From positions 14,083 to 78,082 of the forward strand of contig CANSGN010000005.1 of the NCBI GenBank assembly GCA_947646415.1: a stretch of 64,000 nucleotides of DNA, written 5' to 3'. Below the pieces are notes generated by a model. The model searched no databases. It saw only the letters and a program-made list of their open reading frames with translations, and was not told the DNA's origin. Below, piece after piece: positions 10,701 to 19,910 of the stretch (position 1 is the stretch's first letter; each line of letters opens with the position of its first letter). This stretch comes from an uncultured Clostridia bacterium (GTDB lineage: Bacteria; Bacillota; Clostridia; Christensenellales; UBA3700). Made by a program: the position numbers and the translations under genes.

Positions 10701-11368
10701 AAAACATCGTGAGCTTCCGCATCTTTCTTTTCAAGGTAGTGAGCATCATTTGTAGCTACAACTTTTACGCCTATTTCTCTTGCTATTTTTACAAGCAACG
10801 GATTGCACATTTTTTCTTCCGCTATGCCGTGGTCTTGTATCTCAATATAAAAATCGTCTTTGCCAAATATATCACGCATTACGATAGCGTATTCTTTTGC
10901 TTTTTCATACTCGTTTGCAATAAGGTACTGTGGTATTCTGCCACCTATACATGCACTTGTTGCTATCAAGCCTTTACTGTGCTTTTTTAAAAACTCCAAA
11001 TCAATCCTCGGCTTGTAGTAAAAGCCGTTCGTATATGCAATGGAGTCAAGTTTAACCAAATTTTTATATCCCTCGTTATCTTTTGCAAGAAGAAGGATGT
11101 GGAACATTTCCTTATTAGTTCTGTCATACATATTGTCGCAAATATAAAGCTCGCAACCTATAATCGGCTCTATACCCGCTTGCAAACATGCTTTTTGAAA
11201 AGTAAATACACCAAACATAGAGCCATGGTCTGTAATGGCACATGCAGGCATATTTTTCTCCTTACATACTTCTATCAAAGGATGTTTTTTTCCGTTAGTT
11301 ATTCTACACGCGCCGTCAAGCAAACTCATTTCAGTATGTACATGTAAATGAATAAATGGTTTTGGCAT
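7799..11368 (-). CDS. dnaE: DNA polymerase III alpha subunit (DnaE type)
   Basis: 1189 aa. PHP N-terminus FIHLHVHTEMSLLDGA, polymerase core, OB fold. Confidence 0.95.
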   Translation of the reverse strand: MPKPFIHLHVHTEMSLLDGACRITNGKKHPLIEVCKEKNMPACAITDHGSMFGVFTFQKACLQAGIEPIIGCELYICDNMYDRTNKEMFHILLLAKDNEGYKNLVKLDSIAYTNGFYYKPRIDLEFLKKHSKGLIATSACIGGRIPQYLIANEYEKAKEYAIVMRDIFGKDDFYIEIQDHGIAEEKMCNPLLVKIAREIGVKVVATNDAHYLEKKDAEAHDVLLCVQTRKTIDDPKRMKFYSDEFYLKTYEEMYELFSWCPESLETPFEIAAKCHVRIEKKDLMPPYTPDNGQTPAEFLRSLAYDGLVKRYGTITDEIKERAEYELDIIIKMGFAEYYLIVWDFIDYARNHDIPVGAGRGSGVGSIVAYAIGITNVNPLKYNLLFERFLNPERVSNPDFDIDFCVDGRGQVIEYVIEKYGAEKVCQILALGTMATKNAIKDVARVYNIPLAEVNAITKMIPGGKVKLENLLGLGKTQDEIIPEVLDAYNNSPQMKKVLDIAMQLEGMPRQCSKHAAGVVICKEVISDFVPLQKSGDDVTTQFQKEEVEEVGMLKMDFLGLRTLTDIKKAKQYIMETTGNEVDFEKLGYDDPNVYELLGSGETDAVFQLESPGMKKFMKQLLPKSLEDIIAGISLYRPGPMDSIPDYINSKNNPEKIKYMHPLLEPILNMTYGCLVYQEQVMQVVQVLAGYTYGRADLVRRAMAKKKADVLAKEREYFIYGAPAKEAVYNDKGDLVEPAQKAVDGCLKRGVDLDTANKIFDNMMSFASYAFNKSHAAAYAVCAYETAYLKRYYPVQFIAAVINNRITNQDEIAKYVEYLRGSGVTIYPPDINISDVYFKCENGGLRYGLMGIKNVGEAAISTIVEDRKKNGNFKDLEDLIRRSDKSALNKRMLESLIKAGALDCFGETRATHIVNYEAIINVSNHDKALSNGGQITMFEDLFGEQESTFNMTKIAEYPKNDILSSEKDMLNLYLSGHPLDEYREKYAEESFTLNDIKPILDAERAGDDGEENMEDNDVTALIKEYDKKTVSLGGMITDVRIRITKSNKSMAVVKLEDLHSSIDIIFFPTMYDKYKPLLVKDKIVKVDGELQVSGSSQIMVRGIKEWLLSDETPKVDKVVNKSSKLYVNIADNQESTVKNVIEVLSAYPGMIPAILKFNGKALNSGVRIQNTTALLSELAAIVGEDNYKLV

Positions 11369-11455
11369 TAGTTTCTCCTTTTGTTATAAACATTCAATCA
11401 TATATAAAAGTCTTATTGACTAAGATTAATAAATATCTACGCTTATTATTTAAGT

Positions 11456-12424
11456 TTATTCTTGCAAATTTTTTGCGATTTCCATAATCTTTCTAAAACG
11501 ATGGTTTATACCGCTTTTAGAAATATCACCACCAGCTAGTTCTGCTATTTGCTCCAATGTAAAATCGGGATTTTCAAGTCTTATTATAGCAATCTCACGT
11601 AATTTTTCAGACAGACTTTCAAGTCCTATTTTTTCCTCAATCAATTTAATAGCCAAATACTGTTTTTGCCCCGCTTCTATACTTTTATCAAGATTTGCAA
11701 GCTCGCAATTTTTTATCCTGTTAATATCGTTCCTAACCGAGCGGTATGCAATAATCTCGTTTAGTTCCAACACTGCATTGCTGCCACCGAAAAAAGCCAT
11801 AAAGTCACTTAGCATTTCACTTCCTCGTATATAAAGTGAAAAAATATCATTTCTGTTAACTTTTTTCAAAAAAATATCAAACTGTGCAAAATAGTTCATT
11901 ACAGAATAAGCGATATTTTCATTATTAAATCGCATATCAAGCGAATATCCGCCCTCAAATATGTTCGGGTCATTTTGAGACTGTATAGGCACTGCAACAC
12001 TCGCACTGCTAAGCGTAACTCCCAAAAGATATGCTTTTATCAATTTTTCGTCAAAATACTCATTTACAGTCACATCCGAAAAACCTATAGCCATATCTCC
12101 CGAGTAAATAATCATTCCTGTATCTTCGGCTATTTGTTTTGTAGCTGCAGCAGGAAGTTTTAATACAAATAAATTCCTTTTTAAGTAGGGAACATTTTTA
12201 CTGCTTATATTTATCTCAAAATCGTAAAGTGCTTTCAATTCGGTAGCCAATCGACAGACTAATTCTTGCAATTCGTTTTCTACTTCAATATTAACTGCAT
12301 GTTTTGAAATGTGAATACTTCCGTTTTGCATAAAAACAGCAGAGACAAAAGCAAGTTTTTCTTCCCTTGTCTCAAATTGATTTTTATTAAGTATTTCCAA
12401 TTTAAAATTTGTGCTAAAACTCAT
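11456..12424 (-). CDS. whiA: DNA-binding protein WhiA
   Basis: 322 aa with LAGLIDADG-like N-half. C-terminal HTH ...FTLEQIAELAGGDISKSGINHRFRKI. Confidence 0.88.
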   Translation of the reverse strand: MSFSTNFKLEILNKNQFETREEKLAFVSAVFMQNGSIHISKHAVNIEVENELQELVCRLATELKALYDFEINISSKNVPYLKRNLFVLKLPAAATKQIAEDTGMIIYSGDMAIGFSDVTVNEYFDEKLIKAYLLGVTLSSASVAVPIQSQNDPNIFEGGYSLDMRFNNENIAYSVMNYFAQFDIFLKKVNRNDIFSLYIRGSEMLSDFMAFFGGSNAVLELNEIIAYRSVRNDINRIKNCELANLDKSIEAGQKQYLAIKLIEEKIGLESLSEKLREIAIIRLENPDFTLEQIAELAGGDISKSGINHRFRKIMEIAKNLQE

Positions 12425-13221
12425 TTTGTCCTACTTTTAAATTTAAATTCGCAATATTCACTGTTTAATATGCGTTTTGCATCGACATTATACTTATCTA
12501 TTACAGCCAATGCTTTATCGATATTTCCTATATCATCTACTTTGTGGGCATCACTATTAAGCGTTAGCATAGCAGAGGATGCAAATAAATCCTCGAAATC
12601 TTTTTCCGTACAATCGCTGTGCCTTGAGGATACTTCGATAGCAACGCCATAATCGCTTGCTGCTTTTGCAACCTCTTTCATATCAACTTTCAAATGATAA
12701 TTTAGGTGCGATATAATATCTATCGGTTTAGATTTTATCAAACTAATATATGCTTTTGTATTTTTTTCAATTTGCTCCTTAGTAGGCTCATAAATAAAAT
12801 GCGAATAACTGTTGTAAAAAATATTCGTGTAGTCAGACAGTTTGTCCGCCCAAACAGGTTTATGAAAACCGCATAAAATTATATCAAAATTATTTTCAAA
12901 TCCGCTGGTAATATCATATCCGCCGTCTATCCCCGTAATATTAGATTCAACCCCAAAAAGCAGCTGAAAATCGAGGTATTTCTTCCTAATTTGTGCAATT
13001 TCTTCCTTTTGCTTAAGCAATCTTTTTTCGCTTACGCCAAATATAAAATGCTTGCTGCCGTGGTCGGTAATCGCAATAGTTTTAAGCCCTTTTTCAATAG
13101 CTTTTTTTACATTATCTTCTATACTGCCCTTGCCATGACTATACACTGTGTGTGTATGGTAATCTGCAATAATTTTGTATTTATCATATAAATTCTCCAA
13201 AGTATTTAACCTCTCTTTCAA
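12421..13221 (-). CDS. PHP-domain phosphoesterase (HisJ/YcdX-like)
   Basis: DYHTHTVYSHG metal motif. The annotated start is TTG at 13221. An alternative TTG at 13200 has SD GAGAGG. The stop overlaps the whiA start. Confidence 0.75.
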   Translation of the reverse strand: MKERLNTLENLYDKYKIIADYHTHTVYSHGKGSIEDNVKKAIEKGLKTIAITDHGSKHFIFGVSEKRLLKQKEEIAQIRKKYLDFQLLFGVESNITGIDGGYDITSGFENNFDIILCGFHKPVWADKLSDYTNIFYNSYSHFIYEPTKEQIEKNTKAYISLIKSKPIDIISHLNYHLKVDMKEVAKAASDYGVAIEVSSRHSDCTEKDFEDLFASSAMLTLNSDAHKVDDIGNIDKALAVIDKYNVDAKRILNSEYCEFKFKSRTK

Positions 13222-14065
13222 GTTTTATATTAAACTTTTTATAAACATTTTCTTTGCAAATATTCACAAGTTCCGCATAATCGTTTGAAGTAGCGTTGCC
13301 TGTATTGATAATAAAGTTTGCGTGTTTTTCGGAAACTTTACAGCCTCCAATGGTATACCCTTTCAATCCGCAGTTTTCAATATAATATCCTGCACCTACG
13401 TTTTCGTATTTTTTAAACACAGAGCCTAAAGAAATATCGTTCGGTTGGCTTTGCCTCCGTTTTATTTTATACATTTTCATATCGTTTGAAATTAATATTT
13501 GATTTTTTTCAATCAATTTAAAAGTTGCGGACAATACTGTGATATTCTTTTTTGATATTCCGCTTGTACGATATTCAAATTCACATTCTTTGTTGGAAAG
13601 TTTTACTACCTTACCATCCACATACGCGGTAACACTATCCAATATATCACTTATAAAACAACCATAAGCACCTGCGTTCATATTTACTGCACCGCCTACA
13701 GTACCGGGGATTCCGCTTAAGCCTTCCATTCCGCTTAATCCGTTTTCTTTTGCGACATTGCACACTTTTGACAGCATTTCTCCGCAATTAGCGGTTATTG
13801 TATTGTTATTTACGGTTATTCCCTTAATGCCGCTAGTCAAAATTACCTCGCCGTCAAGACCTTTGTCAGAAATCAAACTATTTGTAGTTCCTCCAAAAAT
13901 AAACGGACTATCCGTAACTTGTAAGCTAGTAATCAAATTATCAACGTTTGTAGGCATGATTAATGTGCTTACTCTGCCACCTGTTTTTATATAAGTAAAA
14001 TCCTTTGCCAATTTATTATAACATATTGTTGCCCCACTTGCAATAATTAAATCGTATTTTTTCAT
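13184..14065 (-). CDS. murB: UDP-N-acetylenolpyruvoylglucosamine reductase
   Basis: FAD-binding and MurB C-terminal motifs. Trimmed from track start 14155 to ATG 14065 (MKKYDLI...), which has SD GAGGTG. Confidence 0.88.
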   Translation of the reverse strand: MKKYDLIIASGATICYNKLAKDFTYIKTGGRVSTLIMPTNVDNLITSLQVTDSPFIFGGTTNSLISDKGLDGEVILTSGIKGITVNNNTITANCGEMLSKVCNVAKENGLSGMEGLSGIPGTVGGAVNMNAGAYGCFISDILDSVTAYVDGKVVKLSNKECEFEYRTSGISKKNITVLSATFKLIEKNQILISNDMKMYKIKRRQSQPNDISLGSVFKKYENVGAGYYIENCGLKGYTIGGCKVSEKHANFIINTGNATSNDYAELVNICKENVYKKFNIKLEREVKYFGEFI

Positions 14066-14153
14066 ATAACACCTCAATTTAATATATTTATATAAAAAGC
14101 GCGATATGCAAAATAGTCTTGTATTGCAACAAGTAAATTTATTAAATAATTGC

Positions 14154-14191
14154 AAAAATAATAACCGACACGCAAAAATTTACGTATCGGT
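14154..14191 (-). terminator. Intrinsic terminator after lysC
   Basis: Minus strand CCGATACG-N10-CGTGTCGG (one mismatch) followed by TTATTATTTTT. Confidence 0.55.
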
Positions 14192-14229
14192 CATGTAATT
14201 TTTTAGTTAAAACCAATCAAAAATCGGTA

Positions 14230-15543
14230 TTATTTTATAAATTCATTATAAATGCTCTCGATAGTCTTTTCATAATCTTGTGTATTTACACCAACGATTA
14301 TGTTCATTTCCGAGCTACCTTGGTCAATCATTCTTATATTGATATTTTGTTTAGCTAGCGCATTGAAAATTCTGCAAGCTGTACCGGGTTTGAAAGACAT
14401 ATCGTGTCCAACTGTAGCAATCAAAGAAAAACCTTTTAATAGTTCTATATGGTCAGGACTTATTGTCTTTTTCAATCTATCAATTATTACATCTTCTTTA
14501 CCCGCAATTTCGCTATCGCTTACAACAATGCTCAATGTATCGATACCGCTTGGCATATGCTCAAAAGAAACACCATAGTATTCAAACACGCTAAGCACAC
14601 GTCTTGCAAAACCTAGTTCGCTGTTCATCATAGATTTTTCAATAAATACTATGCTATAGCCTTTTTTGCCTGCAATACCTGTAATAATATTGTTATTAGT
14701 GCTTTTACGATTTGCAACTATCATTGTACCGGGATGTTCAGGCTCAAATGTATTGCGAATGTTAATAGGAATATTGTTATATCTTACAGGGAAAATGGAC
14801 TCCGGATGTAAAACATTTGCACCCATGTAAGCAAGCTCACGAAGTTCACGATAAGATAATTCCGCAATGTGAGCAGGATTTTTAACAATTCGTGGGTCAC
14901 AAATCATAAAGCCGTTTACGTCTGTCCAATTTTCATATACAGATGCCTCGGTAGCTCTTGCAATAATAGCACCTGTAATATCTGAGCCACCACGTGAAAA
15001 AGTTTTGATATTTCCACTTGTATCTGCACCATAAAAGCCGGGTATAACTGCTCTTGTTACATCTTTTAATCTTTGACGAGTTAATTCGTTTGTTGTCTCC
15101 GCATCAAAATCGCCGTTTGCATTAAATTTAATTAAGTCCTTAGGGTCAATAAACTCTACGCCAAGTCTTTTTGCCATTATAATGCCGCCAAGATATTCTC
15201 CGCGAGATGCAGCAAAATCACTTGAACGATATTTGATAATACCCTCATATACTTCATCTAAGTATTTGTCGATATCTATATCAAGTTTCAAATCATTTAC
15301 GATTTCCACATATCTTTCACGAATTTGACCGAAAGTTTCCATACATTCGCCGTTCAATTCAACTTGATGATAGCAAGCGTATAACATATCGGTAATTTTT
15401 CTGTCATTGCTGTTTCTTTTTCCCGGAGCGGAAACAATGACAAAACGTCTTTCTTTATCGCTTTCGATAATATTTGCAATAGCATTTATATTATCGCTGT
15501 TAGCCATGGAAGTTCCACCAAATTTACATACTTTAGTATTCAT
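14230..15543 (-). CDS. lysC: Aspartate kinase
   Basis: 437 aa. N-terminus KVCKFGGTSMA and C-terminal ACT-like repeats. Confidence 0.9.
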   Translation of the reverse strand: MNTKVCKFGGTSMANSDNINAIANIIESDKERRFVIVSAPGKRNSNDRKITDMLYACYHQVELNGECMETFGQIRERYVEIVNDLKLDIDIDKYLDEVYEGIIKYRSSDFAASRGEYLGGIIMAKRLGVEFIDPKDLIKFNANGDFDAETTNELTRQRLKDVTRAVIPGFYGADTSGNIKTFSRGGSDITGAIIARATEASVYENWTDVNGFMICDPRIVKNPAHIAELSYRELRELAYMGANVLHPESIFPVRYNNIPINIRNTFEPEHPGTMIVANRKSTNNNIITGIAGKKGYSIVFIEKSMMNSELGFARRVLSVFEYYGVSFEHMPSGIDTLSIVVSDSEIAGKEDVIIDRLKKTISPDHIELLKGFSLIATVGHDMSFKPGTACRIFNALAKQNINIRMIDQGSSEMNIIVGVNTQDYEKTIESIYNEFIK

Positions 15544-15618
15544 AATATATCTCCAAAATTATAATTAAATTAAAATATTGCAATAAAATTATGCAATTTA
15601 CTCTCTTTTATGAAATTA

Positions 15619-15647
15619 ATTTTATCAATTAAATAACCTATTGTCAA
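15619..15647 (-). promoter_or_regulatory. Sigma-A-type promoter for lysC
   Basis: Minus strand TTGACA-N17-TAAAAT. Confidence 0.55.
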
Positions 15648-15672
15648 GAAAATAAAAACCATTTTGACAAAA

Positions 15673-16890
15673 TCATTTAATTTTTTTACTTTCCAAATAA
15701 TATCTTTTGTCCTCAGCATTTCCCATAGAAAAAGATTTTCTTGGAAGTGCACCTCGCCTTAGGCAATAATCAAACAATCCGTTTTTGCTTATAGTAGGCA
15801 TTAAAATGCCAACTGCATTGTGTTTCGCCGCAAGCTCAATCAAAGCGTTATCGCCGTGAATATAATCTTCCTCAATGCCACTGTGAGTGTTTTTATAGTT
15901 ATCGATAAAGTCTTGAATATCCTTTATCGCATCACTAGGATTTTGCGACACTGCAATCGAATATTTTTTTTCGTTATATATGATTGTTATATCCGACATA
16001 TTTCCGTACTTTGGCATACTTTCAACCATACTATCAATAAAACTCTTATCCGCACCTATTAATAGTCTATGTATTGGCTCAAATTCAAGTGATTGGTCAT
16101 ATATATTTACAAGTTCAACCAAAGAATATCTTGCAGGATGAGTCTCTTTTTCTTGCTCAGTTAAATTTTGTTTTATCAAATTCCAACATTCTTTTGCTGT
16201 AGCAAGCGAATGATTGCCATCCCCTACTATAAAAGCAATATTCCCCTCGCTGTTGTTGTTATTTTTAGCTATATTATTTAATTGGTCTACTAAAATTTTG
16301 CTGTCGCCAACTTTATAGCCTTTTAAGTGTCCGCCGTTCATATTTAAGTCAAAATCATACAATGTTTGCATGTCTTGGCGGCTATTATATAAATTTTCTA
16401 TTATTTCGCCGTTTTTATCGTCTAGTAACATCATAATATGAGGCATTTCCAAACAAGCATTTTTCCTTATATCAATTCTTGCAGGCAATCTTTCGGTGAC
16501 TGTTTTTTCGGTTGCTTTAATGTGCGCATTATTTTTATCGGAATAGTCGTATTGTTCCAAATCTATTTCAATCATCAAACCAAGTCTTACCTTACCGTTA
16601 TTCAACGTACGCTCCACTAATATAACGGCTTGTATTTCTTCAAATAAATTGCTATCCAAGTAAGTTTGCATATTTTTGTTAATTTGAGTTACCTTTTTAG
16701 TTGTATCGCAATTAAGGTGCGCCTCGGGTAATATCAAATTTAACGCAGAAGGGCTGTCGCCCACTATATCAGCAAGCACAGCCCAATATTTTGGTTGACT
16801 AGAAAATTGGTCGCAAGCAATGCAAGACCATTTACTATAGTCGATATTTTTTTTAGGTAGTAAAATTTTAGGAATTTTTACGAGATTCAT
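15673..16890 (-). CDS. DUF1015 family protein
   Basis: 405 aa. The N-terminal pattern and a DGNHSLATA segment resemble the DGHHR(Y)ETA motif I associate with DUF1015. The start lies 2 nt after the cdaA stop. Confidence 0.7.
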   Translation of the reverse strand: MNLVKIPKILLPKKNIDYSKWSCIACDQFSSQPKYWAVLADIVGDSPSALNLILPEAHLNCDTTKKVTQINKNMQTYLDSNLFEEIQAVILVERTLNNGKVRLGLMIEIDLEQYDYSDKNNAHIKATEKTVTERLPARIDIRKNACLEMPHIMMLLDDKNGEIIENLYNSRQDMQTLYDFDLNMNGGHLKGYKVGDSKILVDQLNNIAKNNNNSEGNIAFIVGDGNHSLATAKECWNLIKQNLTEQEKETHPARYSLVELVNIYDQSLEFEPIHRLLIGADKSFIDSMVESMPKYGNMSDITIIYNEKKYSIAVSQNPSDAIKDIQDFIDNYKNTHSGIEEDYIHGDNALIELAAKHNAVGILMPTISKNGLFDYCLRRGALPRKSFSMGNAEDKRYYLESKKIK

Positions 16891-16892
16891 TA

Positions 16893-17720
16893 TTACCTCT
16901 TTTTAGCTCTTTGTTTAGAATACTTAATGCCAAATGCCTTCTCGATTTCATCAGATAGCTTTTCAGGGGTCATATAACGTTTAATTTCGCCGTGTCTAAC
17001 TGTACTGATTATTCCTGTTTCTTCACTTACAACAATAGCTAAAACGTCACTTTCTTCGGTAATACCTATTGCAGCTCTATGTCTTGTTCCTAACTCTTTG
17101 GAAATATCTTCACGTTGTGTCAATGGTAGGAAACAACCTGCTGCCAAAATCACATTTTCTTTTACGATTATTGCACCGTCATGTAAAGGAGCTTTTGTGT
17201 TAAATATACATTGCAATAAGCCGTCGGAAATTTTAGCATTAAGCATAGTACCTGTTTCCAACAAATGTGATGGTACAACGCTTGGTGTAATAACAATCAA
17301 AGCACCTGTATCGTTTTTACTTAAAGCTTGACAGCCTTTTACAATTTCATCAACTGCTTGACGCAAATCGTCTTCACTGTTGCCGTAATCATAACTGTCT
17401 TTGCTGTCATGCCATCTTGCAAATCTTGTTATACCCGATTTAATATCCTGTTGATAAGCAACGACAATACAAAGTATCAATATTATTCCGCCCCATTTTA
17501 AAATTTGAGCAGTTATAAACAATAGATTTTTAGAAGTTAAAGCACAAGCTACGCATACACCAATATATGCGCAAATATAAAATGCTACAAATATAGCCAT
17601 TTTCAAATTGTTACGGCGTTTGAAAAACCAAAGAATAGCCGCAGCAGCAAGAATAATAACAACTAAATCGATTATCGCAAAATAATCAATGTTATTAAGA
17701 TAATTCTTTAAAACCTCCAT
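16893..17720 (-). CDS. cdaA: Diadenylate cyclase CdaA
   Basis: Three N-terminal TM helices plus a DisA_N domain (TGALIVI, LHDGAIIV, RHRAAIGITEESD). Trimmed to ATG 17720, which has SD AGGAGA. Confidence 0.9.
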   Translation of the reverse strand: MEVLKNYLNNIDYFAIIDLVVIILAAAAILWFFKRRNNLKMAIFVAFYICAYIGVCVACALTSKNLLFITAQILKWGGIILILCIVVAYQQDIKSGITRFARWHDSKDSYDYGNSEDDLRQAVDEIVKGCQALSKNDTGALIVITPSVVPSHLLETGTMLNAKISDGLLQCIFNTKAPLHDGAIIVKENVILAAGCFLPLTQREDISKELGTRHRAAIGITEESDVLAIVVSEETGIISTVRHGEIKRYMTPEKLSDEIEKAFGIKYSKQRAKKR

Positions 17721-17881
17721 AAATCTATCTCCTAAAATCAAATATATATTTAAACAAATATATTATAAAATATTTTAATAAAAAAATAAAGCAAATAACA
17801 CAACTTTTTAAAAATTTTTACATTTTTCTACATTTTAGCCAATATCGGTCTTAAACTGCTTGAATTGCAATTTCAAACACA

Positions 17882-17918
17882 TAAGAAAACAAGTGAACTA
17901 TCAAAAAGTTCACTTGTA
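17882..17918 (-). terminator. Intrinsic terminator after nrdR
   Basis: ACAAGTGAAC-N9-GTTCACTTGT followed by a T-rich tract on the minus strand. Confidence 0.65.
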
Positions 17919-17927
17919 ACAACCAAT

Positions 17928-18386
17928 TTATTTTCTTTCATTTAAATAACTTTCCATTTCCGAAAACCAAGATTCCAAATCTTTAAATTCCTTATAAACA
18001 ACCGAAAATCTAACATAAGCAACATCGTCGATTTTTTTCAATCCTGCCATAACCATATTTCCTATTTCATGACTAGAAACTTCCTGTTGCAATGAGTTAG
18101 TCACTTTCTTTTCAATCTCTGCAACAAGTTTGTCTATTTCGGTAATGGGAACAGGTCTTTTTTCACAAGCTTTTAAAATACCCGTTTTGATTTTGTTAAT
18201 GTCAAACGGCTCTCTTACCCCTGTTTTTTTTACGATATAAATAGGCAATGTTTCAATAGTTTCGTAAGTGGTAAATCTTTTTCCGCAAGAAACACATTCT
18301 CTCCTACGTCTGATATTTACACCATCTTCACTAAGTCTGCTGTCAATTACTTTATCTTCAAGGCAACCGCAATTTGGACATTTCAT
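17928..18386 (-). CDS. nrdR: Transcriptional repressor NrdR
   Basis: MKCPNCG...CVSCGKRFTTYE zinc ribbon plus ATP-cone. Trimmed to ATG 18386, which has SD GGAG. Confidence 0.9.
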   Translation of the reverse strand: MKCPNCGCLEDKVIDSRLSEDGVNIRRRRECVSCGKRFTTYETIETLPIYIVKKTGVREPFDINKIKTGILKACEKRPVPITEIDKLVAEIEKKVTNSLQQEVSSHEIGNMVMAGLKKIDDVAYVRFSVVYKEFKDLESWFSEMESYLNERK

Positions 18387-18580
18387 ACTAAAGTCTCCAA
18401 AAATTTTCTTTAACATATTATATCAAAAATAAATTTAGTTGTAAAGATTTTTTTGTAAATTTTACAGTATAATGCTATGCAATTACTTATAAAAATGATT
18501 TTACATACGATTTTTTAAAGATATTTTCATTTTAAACGCAATAATTATGGCAATTTTATTATAATAGTTTACTATAATAT

Positions 18581-18844
18581 TTAATCTGCCTCTGGCACTT
18601 TACTGTTTGTAAGCTGCGCAAGTATGGTGTCCTCGCCTATCTTGGTTATACATTTCCAAGGAATAAAAAGGCTTTCGCCCGATGCAATCGCACGAATAGC
18701 CTTTCTTTCCCCCGGGACAACAAGTCCTACAACTTCGCCCGTACAAGTGATTACCATATCGATAATTCTGCCTAATTTTCTGCCGTCGATAGTATTGACT
18801 ACTTCTTTCTCTCTTAATTCACAAAAGGTTATATCATTCATCAT
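18581..18844 (-). CDS. ylmC: YlmC/YmxH family sporulation protein (PRC barrel)
   Basis: 87 aa. FCELREKEVVNTIDGRKLGRIIDMVI. Its position after sigG is typical. Confidence 0.8.
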   Translation of the reverse strand: MMNDITFCELREKEVVNTIDGRKLGRIIDMVITCTGEVVGLVVPGERKAIRAIASGESLFIPWKCITKIGEDTILAQLTNSKVPEAD

Positions 18845-18965
18845 ACTATATTAAATGAGCAAAACACTTGAATTATGATAAATTTGAAAAATTTTTTATG
18901 ACAATTCTTAAAAGGGATATTTTTTGTTTATTAAAAACAAAATAAATACGATTTTCGATAATATT

Positions 18966-19733
18966 TTACATTAGAGCTTTCATTTTTTTAAGCGCCAATT
19001 TTTCCAATCGTGAAACTTGTGCTTGCGATACCCCCAATTTTTCAGCAATCTGCATTTGCGTTTTTTCAAGGTAGTATCTTGCTTTTAAAATCGCTCTTTC
19101 CTTTTCGGTAAGAGTCATAAAACTTTGCTTTAAAAGCATTTTTTCATTCCACATATCCTCGCCTTCTCCTTTGTCATATAATTGTTCGATTAAGGATAGC
19201 GAGTCTTCTTCGTCCGAAAACACATTTTCGTAAATGCTTACAGGCTCACTTACAGCGTTTAAAGCACAAGCCACTTCCTTTTCGGGATAGCCTGTTATTT
19301 CCGCAATTTCAGATAATGTTGCACATCTTCCAAAATTAGTTTCAATACTCTCCCTTGCTTGTAAAGCTTTATAAGCAATGTCCCTTGCACTTCTAGGCAC
19401 TTTTATACTAGAGCTGTCTTTCAAATATCTTTTGATTTCTCCAATTATCATTGGTACTGCGTAAGTTGAAAATTTGACATTGTATTTCAAATCGAAATTA
19501 TTTATTGCTTTTAAAAGACCTATTACACCAACTTGAAACAAGTCGTCACTGTTGTGTTTGCTATCAAATCTTTGCAATAAAGATAATACAAGCCTTAAGT
19601 TTGCCATAATAAATTTATTTTTGGCGGTCTCGTCATTGTCTCTTTTTATCTTTAGCAACAATTCGTCAGCTTCCTTATTTGTTATCTTGGGTAACTTGGA
19701 TGTATCCAATCCGCATACTATAACTTTATGCAT
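18966..19733 (-). CDS. sigG: Sporulation sigma factor SigG
   Basis: KVIVCGLDTSKLP...NLRLVLSLLQRF...FSTYAVPMIIGEIKRYLKD closely parallels B. subtilis SigG. Trimmed to ATG 19733, which follows GGAGG. Confidence 0.85.
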   Translation of the reverse strand: MHKVIVCGLDTSKLPKITNKEADELLLKIKRDNDETAKNKFIMANLRLVLSLLQRFDSKHNSDDLFQVGVIGLLKAINNFDLKYNVKFSTYAVPMIIGEIKRYLKDSSSIKVPRSARDIAYKALQARESIETNFGRCATLSEIAEITGYPEKEVACALNAVSEPVSIYENVFSDEEDSLSLIEQLYDKGEGEDMWNEKMLLKQSFMTLTEKERAILKARYYLEKTQMQIAEKLGVSQAQVSRLEKLALKKMKALM

Positions 19734-19770
19734 ATAACCTCCTTTGTACAGCAAATATTTTGCCATATTT

Positions 19771-19799
19771 TATTATGTCAAATTTTACCTTTTTTATTC
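19771..19799 (-). promoter_or_regulatory. Candidate forespore (sigma-F/G-type) promoter for sigG
   Basis: Minus strand GAATA-N17-CATAATA, close to the GHATR-N17/18-CATxxTA consensus. Confidence 0.4.
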
Positions 19800-19821
19800 A
19801 TATCATCCAAATAAAAACTTA

Positions 19822-19854
19822 AAATGGTATATAATACACGATTACATACCATTT
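19822..19854 (-). terminator. Hairpin after sigE
   Basis: AAATGGTAT-N15-ATACCATTT followed by a T-rich tract on the minus strand. Confidence 0.45.
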
Positions 19855-19910
19855 TTGTAATGTTTTTTAATAAAACTTCAACAACTTTATAATTAAATTA
19901 TGATTAGATT

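Noticed and set aside
13184-14155. Extended N-termini in the ORF track: murB from 14155, sigG from 19766, nrdR from 18416, cdaA from 17741, ppdK from 55873 and the SPOR gene from 37765.
   Set aside because: The upstream extensions have no SD, and several begin at TTG or GTG within the real SD. Some run into terminators or promoters. The internal ATGs give N-termini that match the known families.
15544-15672. A possible lysine riboswitch (L-box) upstream of lysC, and likewise upstream of ddh.
   Set aside because: The lysC leader is only ~75 nt from the predicted promoter to the ATG, is AT-rich and has no L-box-like helices. ddh is separated from the upstream gene by just 16 nt.
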